A stretch of DNA of 64,000 bases from Pristiophorus japonicus (taxonomy: Eukaryota). Below the pieces are notes generated by a model that searched no databases, was not told where the DNA came from, and saw nothing but the letters and a program-made list of their open reading frames with translations. The DNA is taken from positions 109,368,001-109,432,000 of the forward strand of contig NC_091987.1 in the NCBI RefSeq assembly GCF_044704955.1, read 5' to 3'. Shown one piece after another: positions 26,501 to 39,790 of the stretch. Each line of letters starts with the position of its first letter. The stretch's first letter is position 1. A program made the position numbers and the translations under genes.

Positions 26501-26879
26501 ACAACTCCAGAGTGCCTAAACAACATGGCAGCCAACCTTTTATACTGGCCCTGCACATGTGTGCAGGTGACCATTAGGACTCCAACAGTCACGCCCTCTG
26601 GTGGCAAGTAATACATAGTTACATACATAACAGTATTTATATACTGTTTTTATTGTAGTAAAACATCCCAAGGTGCTTCACAGGAGCAGTATCAAACAAA
26701 AACACTGAGCCACATAAGAGGCCTGTGGAGGAGCAGTGAACGACAGACCTCAGCCTCAGGATTATCGCGTTAGGCTGCCCATGAGCTAAATCCTGAAGTT
26801 TCGGTCAGTTTCAAAGGTAAAATGACGGCGAACGTTGCTAATTTATTGTCATCAGGACCACAGGTTCTGGGCCAACAAA

Positions 26880-27155
26880 AAGATCACCTGTTTTAGTGAT
26901 GTTGGGAGGACATCAGGGAGAACTCCCCTGTTCTTCTTCAAAATACTGCAATGGAATCTTTCACATCCACCTGAGAGAACAGACGGGGCCTTGCTTTAAA
27001 GTCTCATGCAAAAGACAGCAGCTCCAACAGTGCCGCATTCCCTCAGTACTGCACTCATGTGTTAGTCTACATTATTTGCTCACGTCTCTGGAGTGGGACT
27101 TGAACCCACAATGTTCTGACTCAGGCGCCACTGCTATCACTGAGCCACGGCTGGC
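26880..27155 (-). mobile_element. DeuSINE-like SINE fragment
   Basis: Reverse-complement similarity to 6263-6720. Confidence 0.7.
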
Positions 27156-28634
27156 ACCAGTGTTAATATGCATTATTAACTCCCACTTTTGTTTTTACGA
27201 CCCTCTGTCTCAGGCACTGAGCCAAGGCTGACAAGTGCTGAAAGAAGATTAAAAAAGAACCAGCGACTGCAGAGAGAGAGGGGTTCAGCTCTGGATTATA
27301 GGACAGGAAGAAGGAAGATTATTCTCTTTAATTTAAGTATGATGACATGCTAGAGCGTGGGTAGTGTTGCATGTTCTTTATTTTGTATCACTACACAAAT
27401 ATAAGTTAAACCAATTTAACAAAGTGACTCTGATCATACCAATCGCTAGGGCCCTAAGTTAGAAAGTTCAGCCAGGCCAGCCTCCCTCACTCCATGCTCT
27501 GGTGCATATGCACCATGGATTGGCATAGCTGTGATCTTCAAAAATGACTATAAAAAATGTATATTCTCATGAGCAGTAAATATGCAGCCACATTACCACA
27601 AGTTGACCCTAGTCAAGGTCCTAAATCGCTGGATCATTTCCACTTGGAAACATTCTGGCAGTAGCATGTTAATTATTTGGGTAGGTAACTAAATAAATAA
27701 ATCTAATTGCTATTTTTACTTTCCAAAAATAATAGTCTGGAGATGACTAGTAATTACTTTTGATGAATAGAGTCAAGGTATGAATTAACATCTATATTGA
27801 TTGGGGATTAAAGGCACTCTCAACCATCAGTCTCCAATCAGTGAATATGTGGATTCACATTCTAAATTGCATTCGGCAAAAGTAATTACTTGTCATCTGC
27901 AAATAGTAATTTTTAGAAATAATACATGAAAACAAAGTTATTTATTCAGTCATTTACGTTTTGATTCTGAGATGTTGGTTCATGGTCTTATATTAGAATG
28001 GGATATCATCATTTGGTTATTAAGTATAAATAACAGCTGTATAACTGTGACGATCTAGTAAACCTGATACCTGGATCAAATGATGTGATATGTTCAATAA
28101 TTGGGTGTCTTTCACTCAAATAAACATAGGTAGCACTTACAGGTTCAAGTAGTTCTGGTTCCAACCAGGCAGCACCCTGTTTATGTTACATGGCTATGGC
28201 CGAGTTGGAATTTTAACTGTCCAGTTTAGCAGAGAGCTCTGGGCCTGCCTGGATACATGCATGGATAGAGCTGTCTCCCACAAATTTGAAAATGTTTAGA
28301 GAATGTAAAAGATAGAAGTTATTCTCTCTAAACATTTAAATTGTTGCTCAGTGTACTAGACTGAGATCAATAAAAGCAGAATGGCATACAATAGATCTTC
28401 TGATGGATCAATCATTAAATGCACAACCCAATGTGATACTGAGCAATACAGATTGGGAAAGTGCCAGGTATAATCCCTGTGCTGAGTTAACTGCTCCCAG
28501 CTGGGCAGCAATTTATGCACCACAATTAGACTCAGTGGTCTTGGGCTAGGGAGGGCAAAAGTCAGGCAGCAGTTTGTGCTTCTGATCACGATCCACTGGG
28601 TTGCCAGCCCTCCAGATTGTCCTGGAGTCTCCAT

Positions 28635-29415
28635 GAATGGGGAAGGCTAACAATGCAATGAAATACACAATAAATGGAAGGATACTGAGAAATATAGAGG
28701 ACTAGAGAGACCTTGGAGTGCATGTCCATAGATACCTGAAGGTAGCAGGACAGGTAGATCAGGCACTTAAGAAGGCGTATGGGATACTTTCCTTTATTAG
28801 CCGAGGCATAGAATATAAGAGCAGAGAGGTTATGCTAGAATGCTATAAAATACTCGTTAGACCACAGCTAGAGTACTGCGCACAGTTCTGGTCTACACTA
28901 GATTACAGGGAAGATGTGACTGCACTAGAGAGGGTACAGAGGAGATTTACGAGGATGTTGTCAGGACTGAAGAATTTTAGCTATGAGGAAAGATTGGATA
29001 GGCTGGGGTTGTTTACTTTGGAACAGAGGAGGCTGAGGGGAGACTTAATTGAGGTGTATAAAATTATGAGGGGCCTAGCTAGAGTGCTTAGGAAGGACCT
29101 ATTTCCCTTAACCGAGAGGTTAATAAGCAGGAGGAAATAGATTTAAAGTAATTGGAAGAAGGATTAAAGGGGATTTGTGGAGAATCTTTTTCACCCAGAG
29201 GGTGGTGGGGGTCTGGAACTCACTGCCTGAAAGAATGGTAGAGGCATAAACCCTCATCACATTTAAAAAGTACTTGGCTATGTACTTGAAGTGCCATAAC
29301 CTACAAGGCTACGGAGCAAAGCTGGAATGTGGGATTAGGCTGGATAGCTTTTTTTGGACGGCGTAGACATGATGGGCTGAATGGCCTCCTTCTGTGCTGT
29401 AAATTTCTATGATTT
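28635..29415 (+). mobile_element. CR1 3' fragment
   Basis: ORF 28718-29140 LVRPQLEYCAQFW; ttctatgatt tail. Confidence 0.9.
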
Positions 29416-29884
29416 TATGAACAAATGTTACTTGGGTTACTGTAGTGGAGGAGCTGCCAGTGTGTAAGGAACTGTTCCCCAACTGGTGTCATTGACTTCA
29501 GTACAGGAGGGTAGAACAGGTTGGAAGAAAAGAGAATGCAGAGAATATCCTGTTCTGTAAAATTTCACAAAATTGACTGGCTACTGTATTGGATGTAAAT
29601 CCTTGGGCAGACTCCGATTTCCACCTGAAACATTCATCAGACTTTTCTGTTGGGTTGCAAATATCCTAATGTGTATTTCCAGAATTTTCTGTTTTTATTT
29701 CAGATTTTCAACATCTTTTTCATAACGATAAAACTGTCCGAGCTATGGGGCCTGCCCCAACAGTATTTCACCATCCAACTTCCAAGTGCAACCATTCCCA
29801 CTGACCTCCATTAGAAAATGTGCACTTCTTCCTAGCTGACCTCTTCTTAGGGGTTAGTTTAAGCTGCGTTCATTCCATGCCATA

Positions 29885-30730
29885 ACAAACAACAACTTGT
29901 ATTTGTATAGTAGCTTTAAGAACATAAGAAATAGGAGCAGGAGTAGGCCATTTGGCCCCTTGAGCCTGCTCCGCCATTCAATAAGATCATGGCTGATCTT
30001 CTACCTCAACTCCACTTTCCCTTAATATTCAAAAATCTATCGATCTCTGACTTGAATATACTCAACGACTGAGCATCCACAGGCTTCTGGGGTAGAGAAT
30101 TCCAAAGATTCACCACCCTCTGAGTGAAGAAATTTCTTCTCATCTCAGTCCTAATTTAACATAGTAAAATAACCCAAGGCGCGTCGCAGGAACATAATCA
30201 AACAAAATTTGATACTGAGCCAAAGAATGGGATATTAGGACAGGTGAATAAAAGCCTGGTCAAAGAGGTAGGTTTAAAAGAGCGTCATAAAGGAGAGAGA
30301 GAGGTAGAGAGCAGAGAGGTTTAGGGAAGGAATTCAAAGCTTAAAGCCGTGGCAGCTGAAGCCACCGCCGCCAATGGTGGGGTGGAGGAAATCAGTGGAG
30401 CGCAAGAGGCCAGAATTGAAGGGACGCAGAGATCTCGGATGATTGTAAGCAATGTTTCCTTTAAGCTGCGCGACTGCGCGGTGCACTTAAGCTCCTGCGC
30501 AGCTGGCTCACTGTCTTTTAAATGGGAAAAAACACGCATGCGCAGTATTTTGAATGAACCACGCACTAAACCCCCCCCCCCACCCCCAAAAAATTTTTTT
30601 TTTAAGGGAATACTGGTTGTAGGGCTGGAGGAAGTTACAGAGATAGGGAGGAGGGAGGCATGGGGGAATTTGAACAAAAGGATGAGAATTTTAAGTTCGA
30701 GGCATAGCTGGACGGCTGCCAATGTAGGTC
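29885..30730 (-). mobile_element. L2 3' fragment interrupted by a short CR1 (~29920-30155) and a hAT-like MITE
   Basis: Similarity to the 17110-17990 L2 3' end; nested CR1 tail. Confidence 0.7.
30450..30615. mobile_element. hAT-like MITE
   Basis: TIRs caatgtttcctttaa / ttaagggaatactg; imperfect 8-bp TSD attgtaag / gttgtagg. Confidence 0.6.
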
Positions 30731-31454
30731 AGCAAGCACAGGGCCAGTCTGAAAGGAAACATTTTATCAAAAGGGAATGGACACCTCTCCAGTAAGGCGT
30801 GCAGTAAAAAGACGAGAGTACATTAATCGAGGGTTGTGTTCCTTTTTCAGCAACAACAGATCGCCGAATTCCCTGCAGATGTGTAGTTGACTCCAATATA
30901 ATGTAACAGCTGATAGTCAGATTTGTGTTATAAATGTGTCACTACACTGAGAGTGCGCTGTCCCTTTCCAACTTCCATTTAACACAGGTAACCTTGACAT
31001 TGGGTCAGAACAATGGTGTAATGCTGAAAGTTATCTCAAACATTCAAGTACTTTGATTATTCGTCTGTGTTTGTTACAGACTTGATCACCAATCTTTACC
31101 ATTCCTTGTTCTCATTTTCTTATTTACCAATATTACAGACTGAAAATGCCTCCGTATATTTATAATGAAACGCCAGGAATAGTTAAACAGGAATCCGGTG
31201 TTCTTTCTGGGTAACTGCGGTTGACCAAAGTATTCCTGGTAAGGGCCGGTGCGAAACAAGGCAACCTTGGAGCGAGCTGGATTCCAATGTTAAGGACGTT
31301 TTATAGAATAACTGGCGTTAAATGGGCGAGGTTTGATAATATGATGCCCCCCTGGCGCGGCCCAGTTCAGGAGGGTCCAATCCATTGACATTTGACCCTT
31401 CCAGTTAAAAGGGCAAATACTAACATGGAAAAAGCAGCCTCTGCCTATCAGGCG

Positions 31455-31705
31455 CTATTTTTAGTTGCAACAACTGTCAGCAACGTCAGGAATCTCTTCA
31501 CAAGCTGCCTCCAAACTAAACTGATGCACTGCCCCAGATATCTTCTCCGATCGACTTCTGCCCCGTCCCCAAACACCTCAGTCATTTCAACACTCAACTG
31601 CACCAATACCGGGAAATAACACCCAACATCCCACCTGTTGGTTTGGGATAACAAACAGAGGAAAAACACCCTCTCAGCAGACACAAAGGCGCCCGCCAGT
31701 TACAG
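31455..31705 (+). promoter_or_regulatory. SMPX: Probable SMPX promoter (MEF2 site) and non-coding exon 1
   Basis: Perfect MEF2 consensus CTATTTTTAG at 31455-31464; E-box CACCTG nearby; donor CAG|GTACGT at 31706; repeat-free region upstream of the first coding exon. Confidence 0.55.
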
Positions 31706-32896
31706 GTACGTTTCTGGAAAGTTTGGAGTATATTCTTGTGTTGTTTATCGGTGTGGGCTCGGGCCGAGTGGCATGTTTTCGAAGGAAAGTGGAAGGGCAT
31801 CTGGCTGGATTATTGTCCCACTGGTTGGGCAAGAGAGTGAAAGCAGGTGCCTCAAACAACACAAGGACAAAATGACCAAAAGCCCACTTTAACTGGGGAG
31901 ATGGTTGTGGAAAGTCGACCCTCTCTCCCTCTGGCTAGCTCTGGCCGCGTGTGTCTTTGTCGGACTGATTTATCTCTCAGAGTTGGGCACGGGGTCGGTG
32001 ACAATGACAGCGCCAGGTCCAGTCCTGTGGCTGTGACGTGACTGTCCCGAGAAAGCGACATCGACCTTTCTGCAGCCTGAGCCGCCGCCAGAGCCTGTCA
32101 GACTACAGTAACTTCCAAACATTGATGCCGTGAGTCATCCAGCTGCAATCCGCTGTATACTTCAATGCTTATTCTTAGGGCATGATTCTCCTGTTGCTAA
32201 TACCGCGAGCATCAACCAGTCCAGTTCCTCTGCTCTGTTTTAGGCAGTGTAGCTCGAAGTGTTTCAGGATGTTGACACCAGGATATTTAATACTGCACAT
32301 TGTTTAGTCAAAGTTACCTGTGGGGTTGTCTGTGACAGAAAACGTTGTTTTGAATTACACACTTCTATGTTTCAAAAATAAAAATAATTTCAGTAAATGT
32401 CCAAGCATATTTCCTCACCTGCCTGAGAGTCGGGTAGGAACACACCACGGATCGCTGGTTGCCAACTCTAGAAATAAAACGCAATCCTCTGTTTAAAGGA
32501 ACCAGCAGGAATGCCCAATGTATTTGAGTATTTGTTAGTTGGTGTGGATGTTTGAAATAAAGGGAAACTTTCTTTAAAATGTTTTCAGATCTGCATTCCT
32601 TCTATACTTTCCGTGGCGAGATACAGACAGCATTGAGAATGTCATTGCGGTGTTTATTAAAGATTCACTCGGGTTTGAGCGAACAGAGGCTCAAGTGTTC
32701 ATGTTCTGTGTCCCTGTAAGAGGTATCTAGGCAACATTGAAATGGACACTGAAAGATTATCTGTAGCGCGGCCACTAACAATGTTTAAGCAACAGAGTTC
32801 GTTCCAGCTCTCCACCGTACGGCTTCCATATTCTGAATGTTTGGATTTAATTGTCTTTTCTCGTTTCTAGCGGGAAATCAAACTTCCCTCTACAAA

Positions 32897-32932
32897 ATGT
32901 CCAAACGAAGCTCCAATGTCAAATCTATTCAG
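32897..32932 (+). CDS. SMPX: SMPX coding exon 1 (exon starts at 32871)
   Basis: tttctag acceptor; MSKRSSNVKSIQ|gtgaga. Confidence 0.9.
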
Positions 32933-33098
32933 GTGAGATGGATACTCCGTAAAACTTTGCAATTAGTAAATTCTCGGATGTTCCGTGTCAAGAAAAAAGA
33001 AGTGTGACTTTGTGACCACCTAACCCGAATCTATTATTGTAGACTGTCATGATTGCGAGTGGATGCGTAACAGATTGTTTTGTCTGATGCAATTGCAG

Positions 33099-33185
33099 GC
33101 CAACATAAACATCCCAATGGGCGCCTTTCTGCCTGGAGCGGGACATCCCAGCAAAAGAAAAGAATGTACCTCAGAGCCTGATGAG
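33099..33185 (+). CDS. SMPX: SMPX coding exon 2
   Basis: ttgcag|[29 protein letters not shown]|gtgaga; 87 nt; hallmark SMPX/Chisel motif. Confidence 0.95.
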
Positions 33186-33214
33186 GTGAGAGAGAAAGTG
33201 AATAATAGTAATAA

Positions 33215-33650
33215 AATAAATAATTTGCATTTATATAGCGCCTTTCATGACGCCCCAAAGTGCTTTACAGCCAATGGAATACTTTGTTTTGAAGTGCAGT
33301 CATTGTTGTAATGTAGGAAACTCAGTAGCCAACGTACATACAGCATGAATCCACAAACAGCAATGTGATAATGACAAGATTTCTGTTATAGTGATGTTGG
33401 TTGAGGGATAAATATTAGCCAGACACTGGGGAGAACTCCCTCGGTCTTTCTCAAATAGATCCATGGGATCCTTTACATCCATCTGAGAGGACAGATGGGG
33501 CCTCGGTTTAATGTTTCTTCCGAAAGATGGCACCTCCAACAGTGCAGCACTTCCCCAGTACTGCACTGAAGTGTTATTCGTGTTCCAAATCCAAAACCCA
33601 CAACCTTCTGACTCAGAGGCGAAAGTGCTACCAGTAAGCCATACCGACAC
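33215..33650 (-). mobile_element. DeuSINE-like SINE in an SMPX intron
   Basis: Reverse-complement similarity to 6263-6720. Confidence 0.8.
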
Positions 33651-34127
33651 CTAAATGGTAATGGTGGAACTATACCAGTAGCTAGAAAGTTGTGAAAGAA
33701 TTGGTGCTAACTGTGGTGTGTGTCGGAATTGGCCAAGGCTGCTGAAACAATGCCAAGAAATAAAATATAAAGGAAGGTTTTACCTTGCTCTATTATTTCC
33801 CAGTGTTAAAGAAATTTGAACCCCTCTCCTGTCTCCACACCTGGATTATGTGGATTTCGCTCTTTAATGTTTTGTTTAACCTGACTGGGGTGGGGATAGG
33901 AAAGCCTTATCCCTTTGCTAAATATCATCCTTCTAGTACAGAGGTACTTGTGCACTAGAATGGTAAAGAAAGACTTGCAATTATATAGCACCCTTCATGA
34001 CATCAGGACTTCCCAAAGCTTTTTACAGCCAATGAAGTACTTTTAAAGTGTAGTCACTATTTTAATGTAGGAAACATGGCAGGCAATTTGCTCACAGCAA
34101 GTTCCCACAAACAGCAATCAGATAATA

Positions 34128-34995
34128 TAGAAACAAAGAAACATAGAAAATAGGAGGAGTAGGCCATTCGGCCCTTCGAGCCTGCACCACTATTCAATAT
34201 GATCATGGCTGATCATGCAACTTCAGTACGCCATTCCTGCTTTCTCTCCATACCCCTTGATCCCTTTAGCCATAAGGGCCACATTTAACTCCCTTTTGAA
34301 TATAATCTAATGAACTGGCGTAGAGAATTCCACAGGTTTACAATTCTCTGAATGAAGAAGTTTCTCCTCATCTCGGTCCTAAATGGCTAATCCCTTATCC
34401 TTAGACTGTGACCACTGGTTCTGGACTTCCCCAACATTGGGAACATTCTTCCTGCATCTAACCTGTCCAATCCCGTCAGAATTGTATATGTTTCTAAGAG
34501 ATCCCCTCTCATTCTTCTAAATTCCAGTGAATATAAGCCTAGTCGATCCAGTCTTTCTTCATATGTCAGTCCTGCCATCCCGGGAATCAGTCTGGTGAAC
34601 CTTTGCTGCACTCCCTCAATAGCAAGAACGTGCTTCCTCAGATTAGGAGACCAAAACTGTACACAATATTCAAGGTGTGGCCTCACCAAGGCCCTGTACA
34701 ACTGCAGTAAGACGTCCCTGCTCCTATACTCAAATCCTCTCGCTATGAAGGCCAACATGCCATTTGCCTTCTTCACCGCCTGCAGTACCTACATGCAAAC
34801 TTTCAATGACTGATGTACCATGACACCCAGGTCCCATTGCACCACCCCTTTTCCTAATCTGTCACCATTCAGATGATATTCCACCTCCTATTTTTGCCAC
34901 CAAAGTGGATAACCTTACATTTATCTACATTATACTGCATCTGCCATGCATTTGCCCACTCATCTAACCTGTCCAAGTCACCCTGCAGCCTCTTT
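34128..34995 (-). mobile_element. CR1 3' fragment inserted into a SINE (~33970-35260)
   Basis: ORF 34387-34776; SINE halves on both sides. Confidence 0.9.
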
Positions 34996-35423
34996 TTTAG
35001 TGTTTTGGTGATGTTGGTTAAGTGATAAATATTGGCCAAGACACTGGTGAGAACACCCCTGCTTTTCTTTGAAATCGTGCTGTGGGATCTTGCCTTATCC
35101 GGAGGGCCGCACCTCTGACATTGCAGGACTCCCTCAGTACTGTACTGGAGTGTCAGCCTAAATTTTGTGCTCAGATTTTGTGCCTCTGGAGTGGCACTTG
35201 AACCCACAACTTTCTGACTCAGAGGCGAGAGTGCTAGCCACTGAGTCAGGGCTCACACTACTCCAGGAAGCCAAGACTCAAACCCACACCTTTTGACTCA
35301 ATGATGAGAGCGCAAGTAGGATTGTAAGCAACTTTTACAGATTGACATTTAGACTAGAAGAAGGGTTGTGAGTTAAAGATGATGTTTTTTTCTGAAGTTT
35401 GGTAACGGTTCCATCTGATACAG

Positions 35424-35552
35424 GGGGCGTGCAGTAAATCAGAGGAAAAGAAAGAGCTGCCTGGAGCAGTGAAGTTACCAGGACCGGCTGTCAACCTCAA
35501 GCAGCTCCAGGATGCCAAGAGTGAGCTCAAATTCGTCCCCAAGGTCGAGTAA
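35424..35552 (+). CDS. SMPX: SMPX coding exon 3 with stop (83 aa total)
   Basis: atacag|[42 protein letters not shown]; AATAAA at 35671-35676. Confidence 0.95.
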   Translation, partial: GACSKSEEKKELPGAVKLPGPAVNLKQLQDAKSELKFVPKVE

Positions 35553-36504
35553 AAGAGACGCAGGCTTGGCTTCCCATTGACTGTCACTTTGAGCTGCCTC
35601 TGCCCGTGCGGACCGGCAAGGGGCAACTTACATGGCCCAAGATTTTATACAGCTCTCCAGGCTTCGATAGAATAAACCAGTGATTCGTACAAAACGCATC
35701 CTTTGCTACGGTTACCTCCAATACTGTAAAATCGCAGTGTTCGCCCGCTACTCTGACTGTTTTCTTAAGAATATAATTATAAAATATATTAGAAAAGAAT
35801 TAGAATTTATTAAACCAGAAGTCTTGTTAAATGTGAAACTTTACTCTTTGATAAATCACGTTTTATTAGAACACGTGGGTGTTAAATAAGTGAATGTTTT
35901 AATTAAGGACATTTAAACATTGCACTATCATCTCCTTATGTAGTTATAACATGCAGTGTTCGAATATACTAACATGTTGTCTATTTTGGTCTGATTCCTC
36001 GTCCACTACTAGTTTATCTGATGAAAACCTACTGAATGACGGCACAGCAATAAACACTGTCCCCAAAGCCCAACTCCTGGTTACATTTCCACTTGTTTGT
36101 TGTCCAATGCGCTGAGTGCGGACACAGCTCACATTGCAAGACATCCCAGCCCCTCGGACTCAACCGCTCAATGTCAACAAGGCAGTTATTGGGATTTATT
36201 TCATATAACGATGACTGTAACATCTATTTAAAGGCAGTAACTGCTGCACTAATTGTAAAATAAGCAGCCCAGACCCACAGGACATTAGTAACACAGAACC
36301 ATGGGCTTTCCAACCTATGTTGGAGACCATAGGGCTGATTTTTAACTCGGCTTGCCCTGACGAAACTGGGCAGTATCAGAATTAAAATAGCGATGGTAAT
36401 TGTACCACCCTGTTCTATTCCACCTCAAATGCTGGACTTCAAATTGGACTTCAAATCCTGACTGGTATAATCTGTCGTTTTCCTTTCAACTGAAATGAAT
36501 GGTA

Positions 36505-36800
36505 GATGAGAGGGGTTTGAGAGGAGGGGGTAAGTGTGGTCCATGCAGTAGAGCTGGTCTCCAGTCGTCTTGGGTAATCCTTGCCACTGGACCAAGACCT
36601 AGCTCTGTCAAGCCTGTGTGGTGGCTGGTGTGCAACGGCCATCACACGTTAAAAAAATCTACTCACAGGCATTTTCCACCCTTCAAGATGTAGTTCGGGA
36701 TTTGGAATATTAGGTCCTTCATTCAAACACCTGTGAACTCTTCCCTTTTCGGCATGGAAGCAAGTCATCCCCGTTTCGAGGGACTGCCTATGATGATGAC
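36505..36800 (+). mobile_element. Short non-autonomous RTE-tailed element
   Basis: Ends with the RTE 3' terminus ggaagcaagtcatcc...gagggactgcct(atg)n but has a non-coding body. Confidence 0.55.
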
Positions 36801-38014
36801 ACCACCTCACTATTTACTGTGGCCTTCCCTGGGTGGTCCTGGTGCTGGCCTGGGACCCACATTACTCTCGGCAAGTGGCACCCTGATGCAACTTTGTGGG
36901 ACAACTAGGTAGAGTGTGGGCAGTGCATGTTTCACCCAGTTGTACCTGGCTCAAGAGGCGGTGGCTCCAAAAAAGGTAAGTGAGAAATTAGTTTTGTGGA
37001 GCTTGGAGGAGCAAGAATCGGGAAAATCGGCGAGGTGTATAACTGGTTGCTATTTTGCTAGTGCTCGTTTTGCGACCCACTGAAATTGAATGTTAATCCC
37101 AGCATGTACAAATGGGAGCCTATATTTCAAGGCACCTTGATAAATATTCACTGATGTTTACATAGCACAGGCCACAGTGGCTACTTTTGTAAAGACGAGA
37201 GGCCAGAGCATTCAAGAGGCAGCTTGAGGGTGCTGTGATTTGCGGGGATTGTAAGTTTCTATGGAGAGGTGAAGGTGAAATGCGTTCCTTCATGTGTACT
37301 TATCTTAGTGATATTTTGCACCCAACCAGTTAATAGGCAAAAGACAATGCCTGAAAATCGTAACTCTTGTGAACATCTCACATACAATTTGTAACAGGAA
37401 ATTAAATGAAACACAGCAGCAATACATCTAGGAGCTTATTTATCTGCCACCACCCAAGTGACGAAAGTTTGAGTTTATTAAATAATTTTCAATAACATTT
37501 TTATTTGATGAAGGCAAACTATGAAATTAATAAAATTATCATAAAAAGAACTTGAAATAGAGACTTTTCTTGTGGGCTATTTTCCAGAATGCTGATAGGG
37601 AACTTAGTTTTCTCGCCCTCTCTGATTCAGTTTGGAAAGCACTGCACTAATCTTATTTGGTGGGAACAGCTTTTCTCATTAAAAACAATCTATGAGGTTA
37701 CTTTTGGTGTTTTGGGGCATCTGCCTCTCAGATGCCCTATTGTGAATGTAACACGTTTAAAACATTTGTTCAATTGAAATGAAAAATACTTGCATTTATT
37801 TAAAGATGCAGTTATTTGCACTGTAAAAGTGCTCTGATTGGCTTTCCATTATCACATGACCTGATTATTGGAGGATAAGTCACACCCAGAAGTTTCTCTG
37901 GAATGCGTAATTGGAATCACCCAGCCCAAGTTCTGAGTGACTTTGCAAACTATAATTCGAGCCAATCTGACTTCAGAACAGAGAGGATGGAGCGCCCTAA
38001 CCCAGCAAAAATCT

Positions 38015-38170
38015 TCCCCAGCCGAAGTTCCTGACCCCATCCCAACCTAAGTTCATGCCTCCCCAGCACAAGTTCCTGACCCAGCACAAGTTCCTGACCC
38101 CATCCCAAGTTCATGACTCCCCTGCCCAATTTCATGACCTCATCCCAGCCCAAGTTCCTGACCTTAGCCC
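38015..38170. repeat. Degenerate ~18-20 bp minisatellite (caagttcctgacccca)
   Basis: Visible tandem units. Confidence 0.8.
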
Positions 38171-38281
38171 GCCCTGCCATAGATGGGGCATTGTGTGTGG
38201 GTCACAGATTGTTAACAGGTTTATTGGATATGAAGTGAATAGTGACAGTGTTGTGACTTCCGGATTTCATTCATTCCAATT

Positions 38282-38899
38282 CATCATCATCACAGGCAGT
38301 CCCTTGGAGTCGAGGATGACTTGCTTCCACTCTCAAAGTGAGTTCTTCGGTGACTAAGGAGTCCAATGTGGGACCGACAGTCTCTGTCACAGATGGGAAA
38401 GACAGTGGTTGAAGGAAAGGGTGGTCGGGGAGCCTGGGTTGACACATGCTCCTTCCACTGTCTATGCTTGGTTTCTGCTTGTTCTCGGCGATGGGACTTG
38501 AGGTGCTCAGCACCCAGCCGGATGCTCTTCCCCCACTTTGGGCAGTCGTGGGCCAGGGATTCCCATGAGTCGGTGGGGATGTTGCACTTTATCAAGGAGG
38601 CTTTGAGGATGTCCTTGAAGCGTTTCCTCTGCCCACCTGGGGCTCACTTGGACTGTAAGACAAAGGTCCTCTACCAACCTGATCCCACCGTACAGCACTG
38701 CCCGCTGATTATCAAAATCCACGACGAGGCCATGGACAATGTGGACCATTTTCCATACCTCGGGAGCCTACTGTCATCAAGAGCAGACATTGATGATGAG
38801 GTCCAACACCGCCTTCAGTGTGTCAGTGCAGCTTTTGGTTGCCTGAGGAAGAGAGTGTTTGAAGACCAGGTCCTCAAATCCGGCACCAAGCTCATGGTC
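38282..38899 (-). mobile_element. RTE LINE with 5' inversion
   Basis: 3' part on minus (38282-~38648), upstream part on plus (~38650-38899, TKVLYQP...FPYLGS); TSD cattccaatt / cactccaatt. Confidence 0.85.
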
Positions 38900-39004
38900 C
38901 ACTCCAATTATGTTTCTCGTAACACACGTACCAAACTTTCCGAGAAATCGAGTGTGGTTGTAAAGGAGGTGAGGTTGGAAGAACGTGATCCATCTTCCGT
39001 GAGT

Positions 39005-39057
39005 TCCCTCTCTCCCCTCCAATCCCCTCTGCTGCTTCCCCTCTCTCCACCCCCATG

Positions 39058-39093
<36 letters not shown>

Positions 39094-39262
39094 CCAGCCT
39101 CCATGTCTCTCTCTCTCTCTCCCTCCCTCATGTTTCTCTCTCTCCCCTTCGCTTGTCTCTCTCTCTCTCTCCTCCCCGTGTCTCTCGCTCTCTGCCCTGG
39201 TTTTTCCCCCCCCCCCGTGTCTCTCTCTCTCTCCCCCCCCCCCCCCCCACACACACACACTC
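39005..39262. repeat. (CT)n/poly-C low-complexity tract
   Basis: Direct observation. Confidence 0.95.
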
Positions 39263-39414
39263 CATGTGTGCTAAATAGAAGCCAGAGGGAATTAAATATT
39301 TTTACCCATGGACTTTTAAAATATTTTTGACTTGCCATCTGCCCCCTGAAGCAGTGACTCCTTACTGAGGTACAGTTTGATAAATGATGATCACCGTGTT
39401 AGTTATGACAATGG

Positions 39415-39790
39415 CATAATTCCTTCATGGCAAACAAGCCAAAGGTGGGCAGCGGAAATGTTACAAGGACACCCTCAAAGCCTCCCTGATAAAGTGCAAC
39501 ATCCCCACTGATGCCTGGGAGTCCCTGGCCAAAGACCACCCTAAGTGGAGGAAGTGCATTGGGAGGGTGCTGAGCACCTCGAGAGCATGCAGAAATCAAG
39601 CGCAGGCAACGGAAAGAGCATGCGGCAAACCAGTTCCACCCACCCCTTCCCTCAACGACTATCTGTCCCACCTGTGACAGAGACAGTGGTTCTCGTATTG
39701 GATTGTACAGCTACCTAAGAACTCATGTTAAGAGTGGTAGCAAGTCTTCCTCGATTCCAAGGGACTGCCTATGATGATGATGATGATGAC
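39415..39790 (+). mobile_element. RTE LINE 3' fragment
   Basis: KDTLKASLIKCNI region; (atg)n tail. Confidence 0.85.

Larger units (their letters stand above)
19262..26632 (-). mobile_element. Full-length degenerate Gypsy LTR retrotransposon (Mag/SURL-like), outer element
   Basis: LTRs 26428-26632 and 19262-19463 (TG..CA); 5-bp TSD GTATT; PBS TGGCGATGAG; G-rich PPT at ~19466-19476; gag (26158-26388), protease LDTGA and RT (24330-25649), RNase H ACDAS (23653-24237), integrase (19498-20582); many frameshifts. Confidence 0.95.

Noticed and set aside
38015-38170. CRISPR-like repeat array
   Set aside because: Tandem minisatellite without unique spacers, in vertebrate DNA
38366-39274. 302-aa ORF
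   Set aside because: Chimera of antisense RTE, inverted RTE and a CT microsatellite
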